From NCBI GenBank assembly GCA_028286905.1, contig JAQBQP010000002.1, forward strand, positions 309,458 to 373,457: DNA of 64,000 nt, written 5' to 3'. This document shows positions 9,817 to 19,700 of the stretch, in pieces (positions within the stretch are counted from its first letter, which is position 1; each line of letters opens with the position of its first letter). The translations under genes were made by a program, and so were the position numbers. Origin of the DNA: Candidatus Doudnabacteria bacterium. GTDB taxonomy: Bacteria; Patescibacteriota; Doudnabacteria; UBA920; VMFF01. Under the pieces are notes generated by a model, which saw only the letters and a list, made by a program, of their open reading frames with translations, did not search any database and was not told the origin of the DNA.

Positions 9817-11007
9817 ATGGAACCGTTAGCGTCCCAAATTAGACCGACTTCGCTCAAAGAATTTATTGGACAAGAGCATTTAGTTGGAGAAGGTAAACCC
9901 TTAAAAATTGCCATAGAAAATGGCCATCTTTTTTCTTTTATCTTGTGGGGACCGCCCGGCGTTGGTAAAACCACTTTGGCCAAGATTTACGCCCGTGCGG
10001 TAAAAGCGGATTTTTATGAACTATCTGCAGTTTCCGCCGGTAAGGACGACCTGCGCAAAGTTTTAGAAAGAAAGTTTATGGGTAAACCGCAGGTTTTATT
10101 TTTAGATGAGATTCATCGGTTTAATAAAGCCCAGCAAGATTTCTTATTGCCATATGTTGAAAGAGGCGAACTAACATTAGTGGGTGCAACTACTGAGAAC
10201 CCTTCCTTCGAAGTTATTCCAGCGCTGCTTTCACGCTGTAGAGTATTTGTACTGAACGAACTGAATGAAAAAGAGATGGGTCAAATTATTGATCGAGCTG
10301 ATTTTGATTTAGATAAAACTGCAAGGGAATGGTTAATCAACATGGCAAATGGCGATGCTCGCCAGCTCATAACAATGTTGGAAAATACATCAAAGCTTTA
10401 CAAAGATATTAATATTGCGAATTTAAACAGCACCCTGCAAGACAAATATTTACGTTACGATAAAAAAGGTGAAGAGCATTACAACGTCATTAGCGCGTAC
10501 ATTAAAAGCATGCGCGCTTCGCAACCGGATGCCGCACTTTATTATTTGGCGCGAATGATTGATTCCGGAGAAGATCCAAAGTTTATTGCTAGAAGAATGG
10601 TAATTTTTGCTTCTGAAGATATTGGCAATGCCCAGCCAACAGCATTAGTGGTTGCAAACGAAGTTTTCCGTGCGGTCGAAACAATCGGTTTACCAGAATG
10701 CGAAATTAATTTAGCGCATGGCACAGTTTACATGTGCCAGTGTGTTAAAGACAAGAGTTCTTATAACGCCTATTATGAAGCGCTCGCTGATGTGAAAAAA
10801 TTCGGCAATTTACCGGTACCGATGGCTTTAAGAAATGCGCCAACTAAGCTAATGCGCGAACTTGGTTATCACGAAGGCTATCAACAATACACTAAAGAAA
10901 GCTTATTACCAGAAAAATTAAAAACCAGAACCTATTTAGAAAATGGTGCAAAGAAGGTTAAAGTTCAAAAGAAAAAAACTGCTAAAAAAGACAACTCTCT
11001 TGGCTAG
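9817..11007 (+). CDS. rarA: replication-associated recombination protein A (MgsA)
   Basis: [38 protein letters not shown]. Confidence 0.95.
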   Translation: MEPLASQIRPTSLKEFIGQEHLVGEGKPLKIAIENGHLFSFILWGPPGVGKTTLAKIYARAVKADFYELSAVSAGKDDLRKVLERKFMGKPQVLFLDEIHRFNKAQQDFLLPYVERGELTLVGATTENPSFEVIPALLSRCRVFVLNELNEKEMGQIIDRADFDLDKTAREWLINMANGDARQLITMLENTSKLYKDINIANLNSTLQDKYLRYDKKGEEHYNVISAYIKSMRASQPDAALYYLARMIDSGEDPKFIARRMVIFASEDIGNAQPTALVVANEVFRAVETIGLPECEINLAHGTVYMCQCVKDKSSYNAYYEALADVKKFGNLPVPMALRNAPTKLMRELGYHEGYQQYTKESLLPEKLKTRTYLENGAKKVKVQKKKTAKKDNSLG

Positions 11008-11035
11008 TTGCGAAGCAATGGCATAGAGTTATGCA

Positions 11036-11053
11036 GGAGCGAAGCGAACGGCC
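11036..11053 (+). repeat. 18-bp intergenic repeat GGAGCGAAGCGAACGGCC, copy 1
   Basis: identical to 35778-35795. Confidence 0.7.
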
Positions 11054-11062
11054 TTTTGTAAG

Positions 11063-11557
11063 CTAGCTGACGCCAATTAAAATGCCAGCGGTAAATACTA
11101 ATGCGCCGCCAATTATTACTTGGAGCATTGATAGCCAGAAATTCATTTTAAAATAATGATAACGAATATAGGCAATGATACAAAGTTCAAAGCCAACAAT
11201 TAAATAGGCAAAATACAGAGCATGATTTAAATTGTGCAGTAAGAATGGCAGGGTATGCAGGATTCCACCTAAGAAAGTTGCTAAGCCTGTAATTGCTCCG
11301 CGGCTGACTGGGTGTCCGCGTCCGGTTAGCGCACCGTCATCAGACAGCCCTTCTGCAAACGCCATCGAAATTCCGGCGCCGACCGCAGCGGATAATCCAA
11401 CTAAAAATGCAATATGCGGCTGTTTGGTCGCAAACGCCGCCGCAAAAATTGGTGCCAGGGTCGAAACCGAACCATCCATTAAACCGTTTAAGGCCGGTTG
11501 AATTTTTTGTAAAACAAATACCTGGCTTTCGTTATGTCCTAAGGAGTTTTCTGCCAT
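11063..11557 (-). CDS. VIT1/CCC1-family membrane protein (MbfA C-terminal-like)
   Basis: [36 protein letters not shown]. Confidence 0.88.
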   Translation of the reverse strand: MAENSLGHNESQVFVLQKIQPALNGLMDGSVSTLAPIFAAAFATKQPHIAFLVGLSAAVGAGISMAFAEGLSDDGALTGRGHPVSRGAITGLATFLGGILHTLPFLLHNLNHALYFAYLIVGFELCIIAYIRYHYFKMNFWLSMLQVIIGGALVFTAGILIGVS

Positions 11558-11624
11558 ATTGGTGATAAAATAGCTAAAAATTTAATACTGGATTTATTCT
11601 AGCTAAATTTGCTATAATGTGTCT

Positions 11625-12536
11625 ATGAGTAAGATTATTCTCTATTATAAATACGTTCGTATAGACAACCCCCAAAAGCTCGCCGGACAACAAGAATTGA
11701 TCTGCAAAAAGCTAGGCCTGAAGGGCCGTATTTTAATTGCGGAAGAAGGAATCAACGGAACTGTGGAAGGCGCGGATGTTGCGATCCAAGAATACATCGC
11801 AGATCTCAAAAGCCATCCGGAATTTACTGATATGAATGTTAAAATTAGCGATGGCGTTGGCAAAACATTTCCAAAGCTTTCTATTAAAGTGCGCAAAGAA
11901 ATTGTTAGCAGCCATTTAGGCGCAAAAGATCTAAACCCAATCGAAGTTACAGGCAAGTATCTTTCAGCAGAAGATTTACATTCTTGGATTCACGACAAGT
12001 CCAAAGAATTTTACATTGTCGATATGCGCAACGATTATGAACAAAAAGGCGGACACTTTGCCGGGTCGATTTTTTCTGGGATGCAGAACTTTAGAGATTT
12101 GCAAAAAGTTTTACCGCGCTTAAAACACCTACAGAACAAAACAATTGTTACGGTTTGCACTGGCGGAGTTCGCTGCGAAAAAGCCTCAGGATTTTTACTG
12201 AAGAATGGATTTAATGATGTTTACCAATTGAAGGACGGAATTGTAACATATATGGAAAAGTTTCCTAATGAAGATTTCTTGGGAAAGCTTTATGTGTTTG
12301 ATGGCCGAGTTCTAATGGGCTTTAATTTAAATGACCCCCGACACGTAGTGGTTGGAAAGTGCGATAAGTGCGGCGAAACCTCAGAAAACTATATTAACTG
12401 TGCCGATCCGCTGTGTCACAATCATTTTATTTGTTGTAAAAAATGCGTTACTAAAAACGGCGAAGGCTTTTGCACTTTGAAGTGCAGAATAAAACATGGC
12501 ATAAGAAAATTTACTAAAGAGCTTAAAGGAAACTAA
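11625..12536 (+). CDS. trhO: rhodanese-related tRNA U34 hydroxylase TrhO/YceA
   Basis: LKGRILIAEEGINGT, DMRNDYE, CTGGVRCEK, Cys-rich tail; ATG 6 nt after TGCTATAAT. Confidence 0.88.
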   Translation: MSKIILYYKYVRIDNPQKLAGQQELICKKLGLKGRILIAEEGINGTVEGADVAIQEYIADLKSHPEFTDMNVKISDGVGKTFPKLSIKVRKEIVSSHLGAKDLNPIEVTGKYLSAEDLHSWIHDKSKEFYIVDMRNDYEQKGGHFAGSIFSGMQNFRDLQKVLPRLKHLQNKTIVTVCTGGVRCEKASGFLLKNGFNDVYQLKDGIVTYMEKFPNEDFLGKLYVFDGRVLMGFNLNDPRHVVVGKCDKCGETSENYINCADPLCHNHFICCKKCVTKNGEGFCTLKCRIKHGIRKFTKELKGN

Positions 12537-14005
12537 TGGCAACTAATGATGTAATACTGCGCTTTAGCGAAGTATCTTTTGATTACGGGCATAATAAAGA
12601 AATTCTTGAAGAAGCATCTTTTTCATTGCGAACCGATTCAAAGATTGCTTTGATGGGACAAAACGGCGCTGGCAAAAGTTCAATCTTTGGTTTGATCACC
12701 GGACTTAATAAGCCAAAAGAAGGCGGTATTCATTTAACGCCTCGAGATGTTTCAATTGGAATTGCCCGCCAAGTAATGCTTGAAGAACACAAAGATTTAA
12801 CTGTTCGCGAATATTTTGAAACCGCTTTTACGGAAAAGAAGTATAATCTTGATAAATTAATCAAAGATGTTTTTGAAGTAGTTAATGCTGATTACCCCTT
12901 GGATAAAAAAGTTCGAGAATTTTCCGGCGGACAGCAGGCGCGCTTGTTGTTAGCATATGCTTTGATTCAAGATCCTGATATTTTGTTGTTGGATGAGCCA
13001 ACAAACAATTTGGACCAAACGGGCATTGATCACCTGACCACTTTTTTGATCATGTATCCAAAAACTGTTTTAATTATTTCCCACGATGCAGAATTCTTAA
13101 ACACCTTTACCGACGGAGTTTTATATTTGGATGTCCACACTCATAAAGTTGAACAATACACCGGAAACTATTTTGATGTGGTAGAAGAGATTGCAAACCG
13201 AGTTGAACGTGAAAACCTGCAAAATGCTCGAATGGAACAGAATATTAAAAAGTTAAAAGCCCAAGCAGAGCAGTTCGCACATAAAGGCGGAAAGCTTCGT
13301 GCAGTTGCTAAGAAAATGCGTGATGAAGCAGGGGATATGGAAGAAAATAAGGTTGAAGTCCGCAGGGAAGATAAAACCATTCCAGAATTTGAAATTCCAA
13401 TGCAGGAGTTTGAACCATTGTTTGACGGTAAAATTGTTACGATTAAATCTATTACTGCAATAAAAAACCATAAGCCGGTGCATAAAGAAGTTGATTTAGT
13501 ATTGCGTAAAAATACTCACTTGTTAATTGAAGGCCCAAACGGCATTGGTAAAAGCACTTTTTTAGAAGCCTTGGCAACAGGAAAAGCAAAAGGGGTAACG
13601 ATCTCCGCGGCAGTTCGAATTGGTTATTACAGACAGGACTTCTCCACTTTAAACTACGATCATACTGCTTTTCAGAGCTTGGACGAAGTAATGGATAAAA
13701 AAGATGAGCACATTTTGCGTTCTACCGCCGCAAGGTTTTTATTAGATGGTAAAATTCTTGAAACGCAAGTGCGCGCTTTGTCTGAAGGCCAAAAAGGGTT
13801 GTTGTCCTTCGCACGTTTGGTTTTGCAACGACCTGGTTTGTTAATTTTAGACGAACCGACTAACCATATAAACTTTAGACATTTGCCAATCATTGCGCAG
13901 GCGCTTAGCGAATATAAAGGCGCGATGATAATGGTTTCGCATATTCCAGAATTTGTGAAGCAGATTCGAATTGACGAAACTTTAAATTTGGGAAATTTGG
14001 TATAA
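12536..14005 (+). CDS. ABC-F family ATPase
   Basis: two ABC domains (GQNGAGKS/LLLDEPTNN; GPNGIGKS/LILDEPTNH), no TM. Confidence 0.92.
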   Translation: MATNDVILRFSEVSFDYGHNKEILEEASFSLRTDSKIALMGQNGAGKSSIFGLITGLNKPKEGGIHLTPRDVSIGIARQVMLEEHKDLTVREYFETAFTEKKYNLDKLIKDVFEVVNADYPLDKKVREFSGGQQARLLLAYALIQDPDILLLDEPTNNLDQTGIDHLTTFLIMYPKTVLIISHDAEFLNTFTDGVLYLDVHTHKVEQYTGNYFDVVEEIANRVERENLQNARMEQNIKKLKAQAEQFAHKGGKLRAVAKKMRDEAGDMEENKVEVRREDKTIPEFEIPMQEFEPLFDGKIVTIKSITAIKNHKPVHKEVDLVLRKNTHLLIEGPNGIGKSTFLEALATGKAKGVTISAAVRIGYYRQDFSTLNYDHTAFQSLDEVMDKKDEHILRSTAARFLLDGKILETQVRALSEGQKGLLSFARLVLQRPGLLILDEPTNHINFRHLPIIAQALSEYKGAMIMVSHIPEFVKQIRIDETLNLGNLV

Positions 14006-14012
14006 TACCAAA

Positions 14013-14618
14013 GTGATACTAAAAAAACTTTTAAAAGCTTTTAAACTCATCGCCGCTTTATGCATAAGCGTTTATTTGGCATCTTTTGTTTATATTATCT
14101 CCTTTGCTTTTAAAGCAAATGTTCCAGACCACGCCGATGCTTTATTAGTACTAGGCGCAAAAGTTAATTTGGATAACAGCCCATCGCAGCCACTCTACGA
14201 AAGAACTAATGAAGCAGCCGTTTTATATGCCCAAAATAAAGCCGAATATATTATTACCACCGGTGGAGTTGGGCTTGGTTCAATCGCAGAATCTAAAATT
14301 GGTGAAAAGGTTGCCGAGCAAAAAGGCGTGCCTAAAGATAAAATTTTAGAGGAAGTAAGTTCTCATAACACCTTTCAGAACGTTGAAGAGGGTAAAAAAA
14401 TTGCAAAAGAGAAAAACATTAAATCGGTTATTGTAGTTAGTGATCGCTTCCATGTTGCTAGGGGAGTTTTGGTTGCTCGCTATTTTGGATTTGATCCGGT
14501 TTATTGGGATTTTCCAAGTGCTAGTTATTACAAAAAAACTGACCTAATTCGTAATTATGCCAGAGAAGCTTTAGCGATTTTGTTTTATGTGCCAAAGTTA
14601 TATTTAAGCAAGTCTTGA
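14013..14618 (+). CDS. YdcF/DUF218 family protein
   Basis: LVLGA, TGG, E..S.NT..N, VVSD.FH..R, RE. Confidence 0.9.
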   Translation: MILKKLLKAFKLIAALCISVYLASFVYIISFAFKANVPDHADALLVLGAKVNLDNSPSQPLYERTNEAAVLYAQNKAEYIITTGGVGLGSIAESKIGEKVAEQKGVPKDKILEEVSSHNTFQNVEEGKKIAKEKNIKSVIVVSDRFHVARGVLVARYFGFDPVYWDFPSASYYKKTDLIRNYAREALAILFYVPKLYLSKS

Positions 14619-15533
14619 GCCGATAAAATCTTTGTGACCCAGAATAAAGTTAGTCGCAGTGGTAGTTGTTTTACCTTCTAGTTGCAATTCTAAAATTTCA
14701 ATCGAACCTTTTCCAGCCGCAACTATAATGCGGTTTTCATTTTTGTATACAGTTCCAGGAATACTCTGCTCTAGTAAATGCGAGGTTAAGGTAATTTTTT
14801 TTATCTTAAGTATTTGATCATTATAAGTGCTCCAGATCCCTGGCCAGCTAGAGTATGCTCGGTATTGGTTGTATATTTCCGCAGCGGGTTTGATCCAATC
14901 AATCTTGCCGTCTTCTTTGGAAATTATTTTACAAAAGGTTGCTTGGTCGTGATTTTGCTCAAGAGGGGTAATTTGATTATCTAAATATTGTGGAATTGTT
15001 TTTAAAATTAGCTTCTCGGACAACGTGTAAAGTTTATCTTCTAATTGTGCGTGAGTTTCATCTGGATCGATATTAATTTTTTCTTGCAGCAATATCTTGC
15101 CATGATCCATTAGCTGATCCATTAGCATTATAGTCACGCCAGTTTCTTTTTCGCCGTTTAATAAAACTGACTGAATCGGAGAAGGGCCTCGATATTTTGG
15201 TAATAACGACGGATGGATGTTAATTGCCCCTTGCTTTGCCAAATCTAGAATGTTTTGAGGAATTATTTTGCCATAAGCGATCACAACAAAAATATCAGCG
15301 TTTAAAGCTTTGATTTGGTTTAAAGCTTCTTCATTTTTTAACGATTGTGGTTTCAATACTTTGAAACCTAATTCTCCGGCTATTATTGCCACAGGGCTTT
15401 GTCGAAATTCTTTTTTTCTCCCAACTGCTTTGTCGGTTTGGGTTACAACGCCAACTATTTCAAATTGGTTTGAAAGCGCTTTAAGGATTTTTGCAGAAAA
15501 ATCTGATGTGCCAAAAAATAGGATCTTTGTCAT
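14604..15533 (-). CDS. fmt: methionyl-tRNA formyltransferase
   Basis: FFGTSDF, NIHPSLLPKYRGPSP, MD.G. Confidence 0.95.
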   Translation of the reverse strand: MTKILFFGTSDFSAKILKALSNQFEIVGVVTQTDKAVGRKKEFRQSPVAIIAGELGFKVLKPQSLKNEEALNQIKALNADIFVVIAYGKIIPQNILDLAKQGAINIHPSLLPKYRGPSPIQSVLLNGEKETGVTIMLMDQLMDHGKILLQEKINIDPDETHAQLEDKLYTLSEKLILKTIPQYLDNQITPLEQNHDQATFCKIISKEDGKIDWIKPAAEIYNQYRAYSSWPGIWSTYNDQILKIKKITLTSHLLEQSIPGTVYKNENRIIVAAGKGSIEILELQLEGKTTTTATNFILGHKDFIGSRLA

Positions 15534-16060
15534 TTGGTTAATTTCCTTAAGATATCCGCTAAGAATCTGCAGTTTGCAAGTGCATCATGTTCTTTGGTTC
15601 TTTGTAATTTAAAGAAAGCTCCAACTGTTTCAGCAGTGGGGATTTTTTTGATGTTTTGCTTTGAAAGGTAAAAATAACTTAAAGTCCAAAGCTCTAAGAT
15701 ATGGTAGTCATATTCGTAAGAGATGCCAGTTTTTCTAAATGATTCTTGAAGAAAATTTACATTTATAATATTTTGACTGGAAATGGTGACATTGTAAGGA
15801 AATTTTTCTTTAAATGCAGTTATAACTGCTTTAAGATTTGGAGCTTTCATCCACATTTCTTTAGGAATTCCCAAGGTTTGAACGACTCGGTCATTTGTAG
15901 TTTGAGAAAAAGGATGTTTGATGTATGAATTGAAAGAGCCTTTTTCTAAAAGGTTGTCTTTATCCAACAAAATTGCGGAAAGTTGAATCGGAAAATCCTT
16001 GTAAGGATCAGGTCCGGTGGTTTCCATATCTATTAATAAAATGTCGCGAGCAAATTTCAT
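15530..16060 (-). CDS. DnaQ-like 3'-5' exonuclease family protein, possibly degenerate
   Basis: ExoI DMETTG; ExoIII reads HDALAN. Confidence 0.75.
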   Translation of the reverse strand: MKFARDILLIDMETTGPDPYKDFPIQLSAILLDKDNLLEKGSFNSYIKHPFSQTTNDRVVQTLGIPKEMWMKAPNLKAVITAFKEKFPYNVTISSQNIINVNFLQESFRKTGISYEYDYHILELWTLSYFYLSKQNIKKIPTAETVGAFFKLQRTKEHDALANCRFLADILRKLTK

Positions 16061-16545
16061 TATTTAGCTGTAATTAATTCCTGGCCTTGAGTGTACTTTT
16101 TAATTTTGTCGATGATTAAAATGCCGTTAATATGATCAATTTCATGTTGCAAAACTTTTGCCAACATTCCATCTGCCGCAGCAGTAATTTCTTTGCCAAG
16201 AATATTGTACCCTTTGAAAACAATATCTTCTGGGCGGGGCACAATGCCAAAAACTTTTGGAATAGACAAGCAGCCTTCTTCCATATCAGTCTTTTTCTTT
16301 GAAAATTTTACTACCTCTGGGTTAATTAAAACAAAAGGCGGTACACCCATTGTTTCCAAATCCACCACGATAATTGCGAGATCGTGGCCAACTTGGGGAG
16401 CTGCCAAGCCAATCCCTTCGGCTTTTTTTACCGTGTCGCCCATATCTTTAATTAGTTTTTTTACGGTTGGAGACAGCGGAAAACTAACCTGACGGGTTTT
16501 TTTGCGTAAAATCTTATTTGGGTATTTGATTATCGGCAGTATCAT
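16060..16545 (-). CDS. def: peptide deformylase
   Basis: GIGLAAPQVG, EGCLS, QHEIDH; in operon with fmt. Confidence 0.95.
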   Translation of the reverse strand: MILPIIKYPNKILRKKTRQVSFPLSPTVKKLIKDMGDTVKKAEGIGLAAPQVGHDLAIIVVDLETMGVPPFVLINPEVVKFSKKKTDMEEGCLSIPKVFGIVPRPEDIVFKGYNILGKEITAAADGMLAKVLQHEIDHINGILIIDKIKKYTQGQELITAK

Positions 16546-16807
16546 TCTTTGAAAATTCTTTTTTAATTAAGAACGCAAATAAGGCGCCAGGTTTTTTTGC
16601 TTTGCCGTTTTCGGTAACTTCACCGGCAATTCTTCGTAAAATTCCATGATCATATTTCTCCGCCATCTTCAGATAAAATCCGAACCTTCCTGGTTCGTTG
16701 AGTTTTTGGCTAAGTTCATCAGCCAGAAGATGGTTAGGGGAGTGTAAATACTGAGATTTTTGAGGGTTCGTCGCAAATCTCTTCTTTAATTGATCATTTA
16801 TTTCCAT
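16514..16807 (-). CDS. hypothetical protein
   Basis: ORF heading the def operon; helical, ends KKPGALFAFLIKK. Confidence 0.6.
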   Translation of the reverse strand: MEINDQLKKRFATNPQKSQYLHSPNHLLADELSQKLNEPGRFGFYLKMAEKYDHGILRRIAGEVTENGKAKKPGALFAFLIKKEFSKNDTADNQIPK

Positions 16808-16831
16808 AGCGTTTATTGGTATAATTATACC

Positions 16832-18127
16832 ATGAATATTGAGCTGTTAGGTATTAAGGTAAACACCGAGCCGAAGAAGCAAATAATAGAGCAACTTCAA
16901 GCCAGAATCAGAAGTGGCCAAAAGAGTTTTATTGTTACGCCGTATTCGGAGTTTTTTTATCGCGGTTTTTTTGATTTTGATTTCAAGAAAATTTTAAACA
17001 AAGCAGATTTTTCTTTGCCGGACGGAATTGCAGTTCAGTGGATCGCTTATTATTTAAGCATTCCGTTAAAAGCCAAAAGTTTTTATGGCAAAGTTTTTGA
17101 AGCGATTTGGCAAGCAAAGTATTCCTTAGCACAAATTCTTTTTGAACCTGCAAAACTGCGGATGATAATTAAAGAAAAAATTTCGGGTGCAGATTTTTTT
17201 TGGGATCTTTGTCGGATTGCAGATCAAGACCAGCTGTCTGTTTTTTTGCTAGGAGGCTTCGGAGATACTTCTAACATGGTCGCTAAGGAAATAAAAAAAG
17301 CTTACCCGAATATTAAAATTGCAGGAATCTCTAATTCCGATCCGAACGACAAATCCTTAGTAGAAAAAATAAATAATGCCGACGCTGACATTTTAATGGT
17401 TGCTTTTGGTCCGCAAAAACAAGAACGTTGGATTATTGAAAATTTAGAAAGATTGAACGTTAAGATTGTAATTGGTTTAGGCGGAACTTTTGATTATATT
17501 GCTGGAAGGAAAATCCAACCGCCGAAATGGATTCGTGCAATTGGTTTAGAATGGCTGTTCAGGCTAATAACCCAGCCGAGTCGGTTTAAACGAATCTGGC
17601 AGGCTACATTTGGCCTAATACGCGGCACAGTGCGCTTTAAAGTCTATTCTTCAATGCCATTCCGCCCAAACGTTGTTGGTGTTATAATTAACCAACAAAA
17701 GCAGGTTTTCGTGGCAAAGCGGCTCTCTTGGGAGGATGCTGGTAAGTCTTTAAGAGAAGATCATTGGCAGTTTCCCCAAGGAGGCATTGATCTACACGAA
17801 GATCCAGACAAGACCATTATTAGAGAAATTGGCGAAGAAATTCACACTAAGCAGGTCGAAATTCTCGGGCGATCAGAAAAAACTAATACTTACTTTTGGA
17901 ACCACACTCTTCGACCTTTGTTTTTTAACCGTTTAAAGTTTAAGGGCCAAGAACAAATTATTTATTATTTGAAGTACACTGGTGCAGACGATGATATCAT
18001 TTTAGATCAGCAGGAATTTTGCGATTACAAATGGGTTGCCGTTGCCGATCTTCCAAAAATTGTGCATCGGTACCGCGAGGGTTTAATCAAAATAGTTATG
18101 GCAGAAATTGGGAGATATATTAAATGA
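16832..18127 (+). CDS. WecB/TagA/CpsF glycosyltransferase fused to an RppH-like Nudix hydrolase
   Basis: PDG, G.PKQE-like, GGTFD, GLEWLFRL..QP.R; C-terminal FRPNV..WQFPQGGID..REIGEE; ATG 6 nt after TGGTATAAT. Confidence 0.88.
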   Translation: MNIELLGIKVNTEPKKQIIEQLQARIRSGQKSFIVTPYSEFFYRGFFDFDFKKILNKADFSLPDGIAVQWIAYYLSIPLKAKSFYGKVFEAIWQAKYSLAQILFEPAKLRMIIKEKISGADFFWDLCRIADQDQLSVFLLGGFGDTSNMVAKEIKKAYPNIKIAGISNSDPNDKSLVEKINNADADILMVAFGPQKQERWIIENLERLNVKIVIGLGGTFDYIAGRKIQPPKWIRAIGLEWLFRLITQPSRFKRIWQATFGLIRGTVRFKVYSSMPFRPNVVGVIINQQKQVFVAKRLSWEDAGKSLREDHWQFPQGGIDLHEDPDKTIIREIGEEIHTKQVEILGRSEKTNTYFWNHTLRPLFFNRLKFKGQEQIIYYLKYTGADDDIILDQQEFCDYKWVAVADLPKIVHRYREGLIKIVMAEIGRYIK

Positions 18128-19653
18128 CAGAGACAACTAAAAAAATTCGAACCAGATTTGCGCCAAGCCCAACCGGTTTTTTACACGTCGGCGGTTTAAG
18201 AACTGCTTTATTTGCCTACCTTTGGGCAAAGCATAATGGCGGAGATTTCTTATTGCGCATTGAAGACACCGACCAAGCTCGTTTCATTGACGGTGCAATA
18301 GAAAAGCTGGTAAGTGTTCTTACGGGTATGGGTATTGTTTATGATGAAGGGGTAGTAGTCGAAAGCGGAGAAATTTTGGATAAAGGGGATCATGGGCCGT
18401 ATCTGCAATCAAATCGTTTGGAAATTTACCAGAAATACTCAAAAGAGCTAGTAGAAGCTGGTCATGCTTATTATTGTTTTTGCGATGAGCAGCGCTTAAC
18501 AGAATTGCGCAAAGAGCAAGAAGCTTTAAAGCAGCCAACTCGGTATGATCGCAAATGCAGAAGCCTAAGCAAAGAAGAGGTTCAGAACAATTTCGATAAC
18601 GCTATGGCTTATGTGATCCGTCAGGCGATTCCCGAAGAAGGCCAGACCACAATTCACGATTTAGTTTATGGCGATATTGTTTGGGAAAATAAATTATTAG
18701 ACGATCAGGTTTTGATGAAATCGGATGGTTTCCCTACATATCATCTTGCTGTGGTAATTGATGATCACTTAATGGAAATTAGCCATGTTATTCGTGGAGA
18801 GGAATGGATTCCTTCCACGCCAAAGCATATCTTGTTGTACAAATCTTTTGGTTGGGAGCAACCGCAGTTTGCGCATTTGCCTTTGCTTTTAAATAAAGAT
18901 CGCTCAAAGCTTTCTAAGCGCCAAGGCGATGTGTCAGTGGAAGATTTCTTGGCTAAAGGTTATCTCAAAGAAGCTTTAATTAACTTCGTTGCTTTACTCG
19001 GCTGGAATCCAAAAACTGATCAAGAAATTTTTAACTTGCAGGAACTGATCGAACAATTTGAATTATCAAAGGTTAATAAGTCTGGACCGATCTTCGACAT
19101 AGAAAAACTTGATTGGTTTAACAATCTTTATATTCGCAAAATGAGTAATGCGGAAATAGTTACTGCAGTTTTACCATTTTTGAAAGCCGATGGTTTGATT
19201 GTTGATGAACTGCAATCTAAAAACGGTAAAAAGATCACCCAAGAATTCTTAGAATCAATTATAGAGATTGAAAAAGAAAGAATGAAAAAGTTTTCAGAGA
19301 TAGGGGAGCGAACGGCATACTTTTTTGAGCAGCCTAAATATAATCCTGAGCTTTTAATTTGGAAAAAAGCGAATTTAGTTCAAACCAAAGAAAATCTTTC
19401 GAATTTAATTGATTTTATACAAAATTTATCTGATTCAGATTTTAATTCAGTTTTAGAAATTGAAACTAAAGTTAAAGAGTTTATCGCTCAAAATAATTTG
19501 GATAATGGCTCGGTACTATGGCCATTAAGAGTAGCGCTTTCCGGGTTAGAAAAATCACCAAGTCCATTTGAACTGCTGTATGTTTTGTTCATTGGCTATG
19601 GTAAATTTGAAATTTTACAAAGAATAGAAATTGCACTTAAGCTTCTAACGTAA
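18124..19653 (+). CDS. gltX: glutamate-tRNA ligase
   Basis: RFAPSPTG.LHVGG, RIEDTD, KLSKR. Confidence 0.96.
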   Translation: MTETTKKIRTRFAPSPTGFLHVGGLRTALFAYLWAKHNGGDFLLRIEDTDQARFIDGAIEKLVSVLTGMGIVYDEGVVVESGEILDKGDHGPYLQSNRLEIYQKYSKELVEAGHAYYCFCDEQRLTELRKEQEALKQPTRYDRKCRSLSKEEVQNNFDNAMAYVIRQAIPEEGQTTIHDLVYGDIVWENKLLDDQVLMKSDGFPTYHLAVVIDDHLMEISHVIRGEEWIPSTPKHILLYKSFGWEQPQFAHLPLLLNKDRSKLSKRQGDVSVEDFLAKGYLKEALINFVALLGWNPKTDQEIFNLQELIEQFELSKVNKSGPIFDIEKLDWFNNLYIRKMSNAEIVTAVLPFLKADGLIVDELQSKNGKKITQEFLESIIEIEKERMKKFSEIGERTAYFFEQPKYNPELLIWKKANLVQTKENLSNLIDFIQNLSDSDFNSVLEIETKVKEFIAQNNLDNGSVLWPLRVALSGLEKSPSPFELLYVLFIGYGKFEILQRIEIALKLLT

Positions 19654-19700
19654 TCGTGGTACAATAAAGGTACTTTCAGTGATATTTCTAGAGGCTTGCA

